Source of the DNA: Eledone cirrhosa
Lineage: Eukaryota
NCBI GenBank assembly: GCA_964016885.1
Contig: OZ024759.1
Coordinates: 2,418,001-2,482,000, forward strand
Direction: 5' to 3'
DNA length: 64,000 bases
The position numbers and the translations under genes are program-made. The number at the start of each line of letters is the position of its first letter. Positions within the stretch are counted from its first letter, which is position 1. Below the pieces are notes generated by a model. It had not been told where the DNA came from. It did not search any database and saw only the letters and a list, made by a program, of their open reading frames with translations. Of this stretch, positions 14,504-25,100 are shown one piece after another.

Positions 14504-14710
14504 GGGGCGAATTGGCAGAGTCGTTAGAATGTCGGATATAATGCTTTATGGTATTCGTTTCGGCTTGCTACTCTCTGAGTTCAAAACCCTGCTGAAGTCA
14601 ACTTTATCTTTCATGTTTTTATGGTTGATAAAATAAAGTACCAGTCATATATTGATGTTGATATAATCGACTTCCCCTCCCCTTAAATTGCTGGCCTTGT
14701 GCCTAGTACT
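14504..14710 (+). mobile_element. tRNA-derived SINE (octopus-type, with TTTCAT..GGTTGATAAAATAAAGTACCAG core)
   Basis: A-box-like TGGCAGAGTCGTT, B-box-like GAGTTCAAAACC, core and GGCCTTGTGCCTA 3' end resembling abundant octopus SINEs (from recall). Confidence 0.75.
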
Positions 14711-15074
14711 AGGGTCGATGCTTCCTCTATATCTTTCTCACTTCCTTTCTCTCACTTTCTATCTCTCTCTGGAAGAAATCTGCTGTACTCAGGCCTGGAG
14801 AGAGATAGGCTCTGCCAGGCTTAAATTGCCCAAGAAATGCTGTACACCCCTACGACTCTATCGGGAGTTACGGGACCATACATACATTATGATATATTAC
14901 CATGGGTAATATATCTACCTACTGTAATATTGTGAACATGGCCAACACCTGCGTGTTTAACATCACAACTCCCCAATTACATTATTTTCATATTCGTGGT
15001 TAAAGTCTCACTAATCAAAGGTGTGTTATCATACAGTATATTAGTGTTTGGGTACATTTTTAGTTTCAGACAAG

Positions 15075-15428
15075 TACTCTGAGGTCCTAAATAATAGGAG
15101 GGGGGGGGGACTAATAAGCAGGGAGTTGGAATATGTGGAGTGTTGTCTCCGTTGAGTTTTATAAAAACCAGAATTAGTTTAGATATTGAGACCCCAACCC
15201 ATCCTATTTATTTTATAAAGTATACATTTCATGTATAATGTTTTTTAATATATAAAGAAAATTAATTATCACAGGAATGCTAGCAATTAAAATGAAATTT
15301 CACTGGAGATAGGTTAGCAAAATTTAATAAATGAGGATGGGGTGAGGTTGGAATAAGAGCAGGGGTGGGGGTGGAAAAATCCGAAAAATTAATAAGGGTG
15401 GGGGACAATTATTGGTGACCCAAGAATA
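15075..15428. mobile_element. Putative non-autonomous DNA transposon with imperfect TIRs and AATAAG-G-rich subterminal repeats
   Basis: TACTCTGAGGTCCTAAATAAT versus reverse complement of ATTATTGGTGACCCAAGAATA; repeated AATAAG/GGGG motifs near both ends. Confidence 0.45.
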
Positions 15429-15450
15429 TTAGCAATAATATAAACTTGAC

Positions 15451-15920
15451 TTAACCTCTTCAGTGCCACAGATGAGATAACTGATCCTAACATGTTTGAA
15501 CTCGTTTCCAACAGTTTATAACTTCAAAGTTATGAACTTGTTTCCAACAGTTTATAACTTCAAAGTTATGAACTTGTTTCCAACAGTTTATAACTTCAAA
15601 GTTATGAACTTGTTTCCAACAGTTCATAACTTCAAAGCTAGATGGAGTTACTAGTTTATTAATGTGATGTTTGTCAATCATTCAGATATGTGTTGTTAAT
15701 AAATGTTTGTTTTAAAAAATAGTCATTTTACTGAAAAAAAGTCCAGCACAGCAACTGTAGCTCTGTAAAGTATATATGGCAGTCAACAGGTTAAACAACA
15801 ACTTACCTGCCTTCCAAATGCCAATTTATCAAAACTGTCACTGCTGCTTGTGTTGGTGATGAAAAATCCCAGCACAGCAACTGTAGCTGTGTAAAATATA
15901 TGTAGCAGTCAACAGGTTAA
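15451..15920. mobile_element. TTAA-flanked MITE with duplicated right end
   Basis: Left TTAACCTCTTCAGTGCCA; right TGGCAGTCAACAGGTTAA (to 15794) and a second ~52-bp right-end copy ending 15920. Confidence 0.6.
15497..15637. repeat. 36-bp minisatellite (TGAACTTGTTTCCAACAGTTTATAACTTCAAAGTTA) x~4 inside the MITE
   Basis: Direct inspection; 12-aa period in ORF 15487-15681. Confidence 0.92.
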
Positions 15921-16139
15921 ATTTATGATGATTTTGTAACTGTATTATTTCTACGTGCAGGATGATAATTAGACCCACAAATGTTTACCTGTTATCCGTG
16001 AAATACTAGCGTCAACTTTTATATGAGGTCTCTGGAAAATTCCAGAATTTTTGGCAGCAAATAAGGGGAGGGGGTGACTTTTACACAAGATCAACTGTTA
16101 CCTAAGTTAATATGGTATTTATTTATTTGTTATAACCAG

Positions 16140-16319
16140 TGGTGAATTTTGCATTAAACCAGAACGTGTTTGAGACATTGACCCTGTTGAAGGTGGATGA
16201 CGAAGGCATAATTGAACCCCATCAACCTCGTCACACTAATCCATGGGATCACCCATTATTTGTGTTGGAACAACGTGTCTACCCAGAGTTTGATGGAACC
16301 AAGATCAACCATCCAATAA
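16140..16319 (+). CDS. SPAG17: SPAG17-like exon C (VVNFALNQNVFETLTLLKVDDEGII..NPWDHP..), phase 1/1
   Basis: aaccag acceptor, A|gtatgt donor, 180 nt; matches recalled FTFESLKLSEVDEKG..IPWDNP. Confidence 0.87.
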
Positions 16320-16339
16320 GTATGTCTGTTATCCACACA

Positions 16340-16545
16340 CCCATCATCATCTTTATTTTTTAATATCCATCTTCCATGCTGGCATGGGTGGGGCTGGCTG
16401 TCCTCTTGTGAGGGTCAGGGGAGGGGACCATCATTTCGTTCACACAGAACTGATTTTGGCTTGGTTTCTACAGCTGGAAGCCCTTCCTAATGCCAACCAC
16501 TTTACAGTGTGGACTGGGTACTGTTTGTTGTGACACCAGCGGGGT
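16340..16545 (-). mobile_element. SINE/RTE-tail-type interspersed repeat, copy 2
   Basis: Shares CCATGCTGGCATGGG and ACAGAACTGATTTTGGCTTGGTTTCTACAGCT..GCCCTTCCTA..TTTACAGTGTGG.CTGGGTAC with copy 1. Confidence 0.75.
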
Positions 16546-16840
16546 ATCCATTCAACCAACCATCCATCCATTCATTCATCCATCCATCCAACCATCCAAC
16601 AACCCTCCACCCACCATCCAACCAACCACCACCCACAACCCACCATCCAACCACCCACCACCCACCAGCCAACCAACCACCACCCACAACCCACCATCCA
16701 ACCACCCATCACCCACCATCCAACCACCTACCATCCACCAGCCACCCACCAGCCAACCAACCACCACCCAACCACCCACCATCCAACCCATCACCCACCA
16801 CCAACCAGCACCCGCCACCCACCACCCACCACCACCCATC
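16546..16840. repeat. C/A-rich low-complexity repeat (CCAT/CCAA/CCAC)n
   Basis: Direct inspection; ends ~25 nt before the exon D acceptor. Confidence 0.92.
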
Positions 16841-16864
16841 TATATGTCTGCTGTTTCCCCCCAG

Positions 16865-16975
16865 CTGAGAAGAAGTTCAGTAATGCTGGTTCCTGCTTCT
16901 CCGCTGACTCTACGTTAAGTGCCACCAAAGAACCCATTGTGAAAAGAAGCTCTTCACGCAGACGTATCTCAACAG
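16865..16975 (+). CDS. SPAG17: SPAG17-like exon D (TEKKFSNAGSCFSADSTLSATKEPIVKRSSSRRRIST), phase 1/1, poorly conserved linker
   Basis: tttccccccag acceptor, AG|gtaggt donor, 111 nt open, phase-compatible with both neighbours; no recognisable homology. Confidence 0.65.
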
Positions 16976-17039
16976 GTAGGTTCACTTCCTATCTACTTAC
17001 TCCTCATCAGGTAGGCCACACCCACCCATTGGTCCATCT

Positions 17040-17720
17040 CGCCCACCCTCACTAGTTTATCACCCCCACCCTCACTGGTCTATCTCCCCCACCTCACTGG
17101 TCTATCTCCCCCAGCCTCACTAGTTTATCACCCCCACCCCACTAGTCTATCTCCCCCACCCGCACTAGTCTATCCCCCCACCCTCACTAGTCTATCCCCC
17201 CACCCTCACTAGTCTACCCCCCACCCTCACTGGTCTATCTCCCCCACCCCATGGTCTGTCCCCCACCCTCACTAGTCTATCTCCCCACCCTCACTGGTCT
17301 ATCTCCCCCATCCCACTGGTCTATCCCCCCACTCTCACTAGTCTATCCCCCCACCCTCACTGGTCTATCTCCCCCACCCCATCGTCTAACCCCCCACCCT
17401 CACTAGTCTACCCCCACCCTCACTGGTCTATCTCCCCCACCCCATGGTCTACCCCCCACCCTCACTAGTCTATCCCCCCACCCTCACTGGTCTATCTCCC
17501 CCATCCCACTGGTCTATCCCCCCACTCTCACTAGTCTATCCCCCACCCTCACTGGTCTATCTCCCCCACCCCATGGTCTGTCCCCCACCCTCACTAGTCT
17601 ATCCCCCACCCTTACTGGTCTATCTCCCCCACCCCACAGGTCTATCCCCCCACCCTCACTGGTCTATCTCCCCCATCCCACTGGTCTATCTCCCCCATAT
17701 ATCTATCTCCCTCACCCCAC
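17040..17720. repeat. ~21-23-bp C-rich minisatellite (CCCCCACCCTCACT(A/G)GTCTAT(CT)C) filling most of intron D-E
   Basis: About 30 variable units visible. Confidence 0.93.
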
Positions 17721-17756
17721 ATGTCTATATATAATGTTTTACTGTGCTACCTTCAG

Positions 17757-17917
17757 ATGAGAAACAGGCAGTGTCAGAGGGCGTCACTACCAACTGTAAA
17801 GGAATAGAGATAGAACAGAAATGTGAAGAGTTAATTACAAAACTTGCTGATTGCAGGTACAGTTGTTTGAAGAACTGGAATTGCATAGAACACCTGACAA
17901 AGAAAGATTTTCAGCAG
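17757..17917 (+). CDS. SPAG17: SPAG17-like exon E (DEKQAVSEG..RYSCLKNWNCIEHLTKKDFQQ), phase 1/0
   Basis: cttcag acceptor, CAG|gtaaaa donor, 161 nt; matches recalled RSLMDWSFTEHFKPKVLLQ. Confidence 0.83.
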
Positions 17918-17941
17918 GTAAAAAACACTTTGTTGATGGCT

Positions 17942-20620
17942 GGTTGCAGATCTTGGTGGTAACACATATTCAAATGAGACTGAAACCTTCGAAGACCAGT
18001 GGTCAAACTCGGGTCAGTCAGTCTTAAGAAGGGTTCGGTGCCAACGCTGGTCAAGCATGGGTCAGTCAGTCTTAAGAAGGGTTCGGTGCCACCGCTGGTC
18101 AAACATGGGTCAGTCAGTCTTAAGAAGGGTTCGGTGCCAACGCTGGTCAAGCATGGGTCAGTCGGTCTTAAGAAGGGTTCGGTGCCACCGCTGCTCAAGC
18201 ATGGGTCAGTCAGTCTTAAGAAGGGTTCGGTGCCAACGCCGGTCAAACACGGGTCAGCCAGTCTTAAGAAGGGTTCAGTGCCAATGCTGGTCAAACACGG
18301 GTCAGTCAGTCTTAAGAAGGGTTCAGTGCCAACGCCGGTCAAACACGGGTCAGTCAGTCTTAAGAAGGGTTCAGTGCCAATGCTGGTCAAGCACGGGTCA
18401 GTCGGTCTTAAGAAGGGTTCGGTGCCAATGCTGGTCAAGCACGGGTCAGTCAGTCTTAAGAAGGGTTCAGTGCCAACGCTGGTCAAGCACGGGTCAGTCA
18501 GTCTTAAGGGTTCGGTGCCAACGCTGGTCAAGCATGGGCCAGTCAGTCTTAAGAAGGGTTCAGTGCCAATGCTGGTCAAGCACGGGTCAACCAGTCTTAA
18601 GAAGGGTTCGGTGCCAACGCTGGTCAAGCACGGGTCAGTCAGTCTTAAGGGTTCGGTGCCAACGCTGGTCAAGCATGGGTCAGTCAGTCTTAAGAAGGGT
18701 TCAGTGCCAATGCTGGTCAAGCACGGGTCAGTCGGTCTTAAGAAGGGTTCGGTGCCAATGCTGGTCAAACACGGGTCAGTCAGTCTTAAGAAGGGTTCGG
18801 TGCCAATGCTGGTCAAACACGGGCCAGTCAGTCTTAAGAAGGGTTCGGTGCCAATGCTGGTCAAACACGGGTCAGTCGGTCTTAAGAAGGGTTCTGTGCC
18901 AATGCTGGTCAAGCAAGGGCAGTCAGTCTTAAGAATGGTTTGGTGCCAACGCTGGTCAAACACGGGTCAGTTGGGTTTAAGGGTTCAGTGCCAATGCTGG
19001 TCAAGCACGGGTCAGTCGGTCTTAAGAAGGGTTCGGTGCCAATGCTGGTCAAACACGGGTCAGTCAGTCTTAAGAAGGGTTCAATGCCAATGCTGGTCAA
19101 GCACGGGTCAGTCAGTCTTAAGAAGGGTTCGGTGCCAACGCCGGTCAAACACGGGTCAGTCAGTCTTAAGAAGGGTTCAGTGCCAATGCTGGTCAAACAC
19201 GGGTCAGTCAGTCTTAAGAAGGGTTCAGTGCCAACGCCGGTCAAACACGGGTCAGTCAGTCTTAAGAAGGGTTCAGTGCCAATGCTGGTCAAGCACGGGT
19301 CAGTCGGTCTTAAAAAGGGTTCGGTGCCAATGCTGGTCAAACACGGGTCAGTCAGTCTTAAGAAGGGTTCAGTGCCAACGCTGGTCAAGCACGGGTCAGT
19401 CAGTCTTAAGGGTTCGGTGCCAACGCTGGTCAAGCATGGGTCAGTCAGTCTTAAGAAGGGTTCAGTGCCAATGCTGGTCAAGCACGGGTCAACCAGTCTT
19501 AAGAAGGGTTCGGTGCCAACGCTGGTCAAGCACGGGTCAGTCAGTCTTAAGGGTTCGGTGCCAACGCTGGTCAAGCATGGGTCAGTCAGTCTTAAGAAGG
19601 GTTCAGTGCCAATGCTGGTCAAGCACGGGTCAGTCAGTCTTAAGAAGGGTTCGGTGCCAATGCTGGTCAAACACGGGTCAGTCAGTCTTAAGAAGGGTTC
19701 GGTGCCAATGCTGGTCAAACACGGGTCAGTCGGTCTTAAGAAGGGTTCGGTGCCAATGCTGGTCAAGCAGGGGCAGTCAGTCTTAAGAAGGGTTTGGTGC
19801 CAACGCTGGTCAAACACGGGTCAGTTGGGTTTAAGAAGGGTTCAGTGCCAATGCTGGTCAAACAGGGTCAGTCGGTCTTAAGAAGGGTTCAGTGCCAATG
19901 CTGGTCAAACACGGGTCAGTCAGTCTTAAGAAGGGTTCAGTGCCAACACTGGTCAAACACGGGTCAGTCAGTCTTAAGAAGGGTTCAGTGCCAATGCTGG
20001 TCAAGCACGGGTCAGTCAGTCTTAAGAAGGGTTCAGTGCCAACGCTGGTCAAGCACGGGTCAGTCAGTCTTAAGGCTTCGGTGCCAACGCTGGTCAAGCA
20101 TGGGTCAGTCAGTCTTAAGAAGGGTTCAGTGCCAATGCTGGTCAAGCACGGGTCAGTCGGTCTTAAGAAGCGGGTGAAAGCTTTGTTGTGTATGTCGTTG
20201 TCAAAGCCGGCAGTCAGGCAAAGCAATGACACAACAAGGGAGCCTGGAGACGTTGCTGGGAGCCCTGGTAAGTGTTCTCTCTTCTTTGTAAAGGACCGCG
20301 TCTGTGGAATAGGCTTGTCCAGAGATACGGATAAGGTACCTGTAGAGCACGACATCTCGGGCAGCATCCGGTGCGTTCTCGGCGGCCCTGAAAATCTGGG
20401 TCTATAATGATTCGCAGCTTTTGAATTGGTCTGTAGCCTCTTGTCGATAACATCAATGTATGTAAGGGAAGTCGGCAAAATGGATCCATACCTTCAGAAG
20501 AAGGATTGGCACTGAAGACCGGGACGGTTGGACTGTGTGTGTCGTTGTCGTCAGCTAACCTTTTCTCAGGGCTGTTGGTAGTGTGGCACGACAGTATGTG
20601 AAGTGGTGAACTGGTACGGG
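17942..20620 (+). pseudogene. Diverged 28S (LSU) rRNA gene fragment (D7-D8 region) interrupted by an internal tandem amplification
   Basis: TGCAGATCTTGGTGGTA..ATATTCAAATGAGA (17945-17979); after the array GGAGACG..GGGAGCCCTGG..GTTCTCTCTTCTTTGT, CCGGTGCG..GGCCCTGAAAATC, CAATGTATGTAAGGGAAGTCGGCAAAATGGATCC..AAGGATTGGC (~20454-20510), GAACTGGTACGG (~20608): conserved LSU motifs in the correct order. Confidence 0.88.
17997..20168. repeat. 48-bp minisatellite (AAGGGTTCRGTGCCAAYGCTGGTCAARCAYGGGTCAGTCRGTCTTAAG), ~45 copies, derived from 28S rRNA
   Basis: 16-aa period in ORF track; 45- and 47-bp variants; gapless alignment to LSU AAGGGTTCCATGTGAACAGCAGTTGAACATGGGTCAGTCGGTCCT(A/G)AG. Confidence 0.95.
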
Positions 20621-20811
20621 GCTGTAGCATTAACGTCTGAGGGGCAGTCGGGAGATTGGTTGGCGTTCATTTGTTTCATTTTCTTTCACCTCTTTCAGTG
20701 GATGGTGGAGGGTTCATTGCTGTCTTCTTTTGATGAGAAGGGGTCAAAGTTCTTTTGTTACACATTTTTCTCTGACATTAGACACACACTAGTGATCAAA
20801 GATAGAATATG

Positions 20812-21108
20812 AATTAAGTCATCCAAATTTAAGTCATCCAGATTTAAGCCATCCAGATTTAAGCCATCCAAATTTAAGTCATCCAAATTTAAGCCATCCA
20901 GATTTAAGCCATCCAAATTTAAGTCATCTAGATTTAAGCCATCCAGATTTAAGCCATCCAGATTTAAGCCATCCAAATTTAAGTCATCCAGATTTAAGCC
21001 ATCCAGATTTAAGCCATCCAAATTTAAGTCATCCAGATTTAAGCCATCCAGATTTAAGCCATCCAAATTTAAACCATCCAAATTTAAACCATCCATATTT
21101 AAGCCATC
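20812..21108. repeat. 15-bp minisatellite (TTTAAG(C/T)CATCCA(G/A)A) x~20
   Basis: Direct inspection; ends ~18 nt before the exon F acceptor. Confidence 0.96.
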
Positions 21109-21126
21109 TGTATGTTTTCCTTTCAG

Positions 21127-21281
21127 GTGCTATTTGAGGCTATATATTACCAACCTCACTTTATACAGTATCACCACGTTAGAGATGACAGTTTATATTT
21201 AGTATTGGACAACCCCTACAATAGATATTTGTTCAACAAACAGACCTGGAACATCCAGTTACATTCCAATGTTGGATTTAG
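21127..21281 (+). CDS. SPAG17: SPAG17-like exon F (VLFEAIYYQPHFIQYHHVRDDSLYLVLDNPYNRYLFNKQTWNIQLHSNVGFR), phase 0/2
   Basis: ttttcctttcag acceptor, AG|gtgggt donor; WNIQLHSNVGFR and DDSLYLVLDNP match recalled SPAG17 WNIALHSNVGFR and DNSLLLVFHNP. Confidence 0.92.
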
Positions 21282-21496
21282 GTGGGTTTTATATCTCTTT
21301 CTTTCTCTATCTGTATGTGTTGTGTGTGTGATGTTGTGCAGGTAGTGAATTGACAGACTAGTTTATATATATGCAACCAGTGCTTTGAGAAAACAACACC
21401 AAACTTCAGCACTGAGCATATAAAAAAAAATCAAAATAACAGAGGGAAACTTTATTCAATCATTATGTTTTTCTGTTTTTTTCTATTCAAATTATA

Positions 21497-21555
21497 GCTG
21501 TCTGATGAGGTCATAGCTGTTGCATAATGGCTTTCACTGAAATATATATAACAGT
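21497..21555 (+). ncRNA. Degenerate minimal type I hammerhead ribozyme-like motif (Penelope/retrozyme type)
   Basis: GCTGT-CTGATGAG (21502-21509)..T-GAAA (21539-21542)-TATATA-TA-ACAGT: both core boxes, helix I GCTGT/ACAGT, palindromic helix III. Confidence 0.55.
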
Positions 21556-21758
21556 AAATATGGATAAACAAGGTTAATTTTAACTTACACTTCTCAACGC
21601 TCCCCACCACTAGGGGTGGTAGCACCCACTTTGAAAACCTCTGTGTTAAACAATGATGAGAATAAGTGTGGTTTTAATGGATGTTTGGTGGCTGTTTCTT
21701 GCAGATCAAGTAACTGTTGACAAAATTGTGGTCCTTTTCTTTTTCTCTTTTTTTACAG

Positions 21759-21964
21759 GAATTTCATGTTACATGTAGCTGAGAAAATCAATGACTGGTC
21801 CCAGGCAACAGACAAAAAAGAATTGGAGCAGCTAAGAGAAGACAAAGCTCTGAGGATATGGGAACAACAGTTAATTGCAAGTGAATTTTTAAAGGTTGAT
21901 CGAAATGAAAGAAAAATTATGATAGAAGAGGGTAAAAGAGCAATGAAGAAGAAAGAAATGTCGC
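21759..21964 (+). CDS. SPAG17: SPAG17-like exon G (RNFMLHVAEKINDWSQATDKKELEQLRE..KKKEMS), phase 2/1
   Basis: Long pyrimidine tract + acag acceptor, C|gtaagt donor, 206 nt; NFMLHVAEKINDW matches recalled NYLELVAKSIQDW. Confidence 0.9.
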
Positions 21965-22118
21965 GTAAGTTGTTTCTAGAATGTTCTCCAGTTTAATATC
22001 TTACTGCTTTCAACTCAGTGCTCTGGGATTCTAGTTCCAAGTTAGTGTGACTTCTGCTACACTAATGTCCCAGTACCAACAATATGTCTCTATATCCCAC
22101 AATCCCACCACCAACAAT

Positions 22119-25100
22119 ATGTTTCTACCTCCTCACTATTAGAGGTAACAAAGAGGTTAAAGTTCTGTTTCACCCTCCTCACTAGTTGAGGTAACAAAGA
22201 GGTTAAAGTTCTGTTTCACCCATGTTTCTACCTCCTCACTAGTTGAGGTAACAAAGAGGTTAGAGTTCTGTTTCACCCATGTTTCTCCCACCTTACTAGT
22301 TGAGGTAACAAAGAGGTTAAAGTTCTGTTTCACCCATGTTTCTCCCTCCTCACTAGTTGAGGTAACAAAGAGGTTAAAGTTCTGTTTCACCCATGTTTCT
22401 ACCTCCTCACTATTTGAGGTAACAAAGTGGTTAAAGTACTGTTTCACCCATGTTTCTCCCTCCTTACTAGTTGAGGTAACAAAGAGGTTAAAGTTCTGTT
22501 TCACCCATGTTTCTACCTCCTCACTATTTGAGGTAACAAAGAGGTTAAAGTTCTGTTTGCCCCATGTTTCTACCTCCTCATAGTTGAGGTAACAAAGAGG
22601 TTAAAGTTCTGTTTCACCCATGTTTCTACCTCCTCACTTGTTGAGGTAAAAAAGAGGTTAAAGTTCTGTTTCACCCATGTTTCTACCTCCTCACTATTTG
22701 AGGTAACAAAGAGGTTAAAGTTCTGTTTCACCCATGTTTCTACCTCCTCAGTAGTTGAGGTAACAAAGAGGTTAAAGTTCTGTTTCACCCATGTTTCTCC
22801 CTCCTCACTATTAGAGGTAACAAAGAGGTTAAAGTTCTGTTTCACCCATGTTTCTCCCTCCTCACTAGTTTAGGTAACAAAGAGGTTAAAGTTCTGTTTC
22901 ACCGATGTTTCTGCCTCCTCACTAGTTGAGATTACAAAGAGATTAAAGTTCTGTTTCACCCATGTTTCTCCCTCCTCACTAGTTGATGTAACAAAGAGGT
23001 TAAAGTTCTGTTTCACCGATGTTTCTGCCTCCTCACTAGTTGAGATTACAAAGAGGTTAAAGTTCTCTTTCACCCATTTTTCTCCCTCCTCACTAGTTGA
23101 GGTAACAAAGAGGTTAAAGTTCTGTTTCACCCATGTTTCTCCCTCCTCACTAGTTGAGGTAACAAAGATGTTAAAGTTCTGTTTCACCCATGTTTCTACC
23201 TCCTCACTAGTTGAGGTAACAAAGAGGTTAAAGTTCTGTTTCACCCATGTTTCTCCCTACTCAGTAGTTGAGGTAACAAAGAGGTTAAAGTTCTGTTTCA
23301 TCCATGTTTCTACCTCCTCACTAGTTGAGGTAACAAAGAGGTTAAAGTTCTGTTTCCGCCATGTTTCTCCCTCCTCACTGTTGAGGTAACAAAGAGGTTA
23401 GTGTTCTGTTTCACCCATGTTTCTACCTCCTCACTATTTGAGGTAACAAAGAGGTTAAAGTTCTGTTTCACCCATGTTTCTCCCTCCTCACTAGTTGAGG
23501 TAACAAAGAGGTTAGAGTTCTGTTTCACCCATGTTTCTCCCTCCTCACTAGTTGAGGTAACAAAGAGGTTAATGTTCTGTTTCACCCATGTTTCTCCCTC
23601 CTCACTAGTTGAGGTAACAAAGAGGTTAAAGTTCTGTTTCACCCATGTTTCTACCTCCACACTATTTGAGGTAACAAAGAGGTTAAAGTTCTGTTTCCCC
23701 ATGTTTCTACCTCCTCACTAGTTGAGGTAACAAAGAGGTTAAAGTTCTGTTTCCCCCATGTTTCTACCTCCTCATAGTTGAGGTAACAAAGAGGTTAAAG
23801 TTCTGTTTCACCCATTTTTCTACCTCCTCACTATTTGAGGTAACAAAGAGGTTAAAGTTCTGTTTCACCCATGTTTCTACCTCCTCAGTAGTTGAGGTAA
23901 CAAAGAGGTTAGAGTTCTGTTTCACCCATTATTCTACCTCCTCACTATTTGAGGTAACAAAGAGGTTAAAGTTCTATTTCACCCATGTTTCTCCCGCCTC
24001 ACTAGTTGAGGTAACAAAGACGTTAAAGTTCTGTTTCACCCATGTTTCTCCCTCCTCACTATTTGAGGTAACAAAGAGGTTAAAGTTCTGTTTCACCCAT
24101 GTTTCTCCCTCCTCACTAGTTGAGGTAACAAAGAGGTTAAAGTTCTGTTTCACCCATGTTTCTCCCTACTCAGTTGTTGATGTAACAAAGAGGTTAAAGT
24201 TCTGTTTCATCCATGTTTCTACCTCCTCACTAGTTGAGGTAACAAAGAGGTTAGTGTTCTGTTTCACCCATGTTTCTACCTCCTCACTATTTGAGGTAAC
24301 AAAGAGGTTAAAGTTCTGTTTCACCCATGTTTCTCCCTCCTCACTAGTTGAGGTAACAAAGAGGTTAAAGTTCTGTTTCACCCATGTTTCTCCCCACTCA
24401 CTAGTTGAGGTAACAAAGGGGTTAAAGTTCTGTTTCACCCATGTTCCCCCTCCTCACTAGTTGAGGTAACAAAGAGGTTAAAGTTCTGTTTCACCCATGT
24501 TTCTCCCCCCTCACTAGTTGAGGTAACAAAGAGGTTAAAGTTCTGTTTCACCCATGTTTCTCCCTCCTCACTATTGAGGTAACAAAGAGGTTAGAGTTCT
24601 GTTTCACCCATGTTTCTCCCTCCTCAGTAGTTGAGGTAACAAAGAGGTTAAAGTTCTGTTTCCCCCATGTTTCTACGTCCTCACTAGTTGAGGTAACAAA
24701 GAGGTTAAAGTTCTGTTTCCCCCATGGTTCTACCTCCTCATAAATGAGGTAACAAAGAGGTTAAAGTTCTGTTTCACCCATGTTTCTCCCTCCTCACTAG
24801 TTGAGGTAACAAAGAGGTTAAAGTTCTGTTTCACCCATGATCTCCCTCCTCACTATTTGAGGTAACAAAGAGGTTAAAGTTCTGTTTCACCCATGTTTCT
24901 CCCTCCTCACTATTAGAGGTAACAAAGAGGGTAAAGTTCTGTTTCACTCATGATTCTACCTCCTCACTAGTTGAGGTAACAAAGAGGTTAAAGTTCTATT
25001 TCACCCATGTTTCTCCCTCCTCACTAGTTGAGGTAACGAAGAGGTTAAAGTTCTGTTTCACCCATGTTTTTCCGTCCTCACTAGTTGAGGTAACAAAGAG

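Noticed and set aside
16490-17734. Pro/His/Thr-rich extensin- or mucin-like ORFs
   Set aside because: Low-complexity intronic repeats; splice signals define only exon 16865-16975.
17911-20177. Long ORFs (up to 595 aa) of LVKHGSVSLKKGSVP repeats
   Set aside because: By-product of a stop-free 48-bp monomer, open on both strands, rRNA-derived and intronic.
17942-20620. Functional rRNA gene or R1/R2 target locus
   Set aside because: Only ~0.5 kb of diverged LSU, no 18S/5.8S, and the fragment ends before the R2 insertion site.
20758-21096. LNLDG pentapeptide-repeat-like ORF
   Set aside because: 15-bp intronic minisatellite on the antisense strand with no unique coding context.
21376-21645. hAT-like MITE ending CACTTTGAAAACCTCTG
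   Set aside because: Only one plausible end; no convincing partner TIR or 8-bp target-site duplication.
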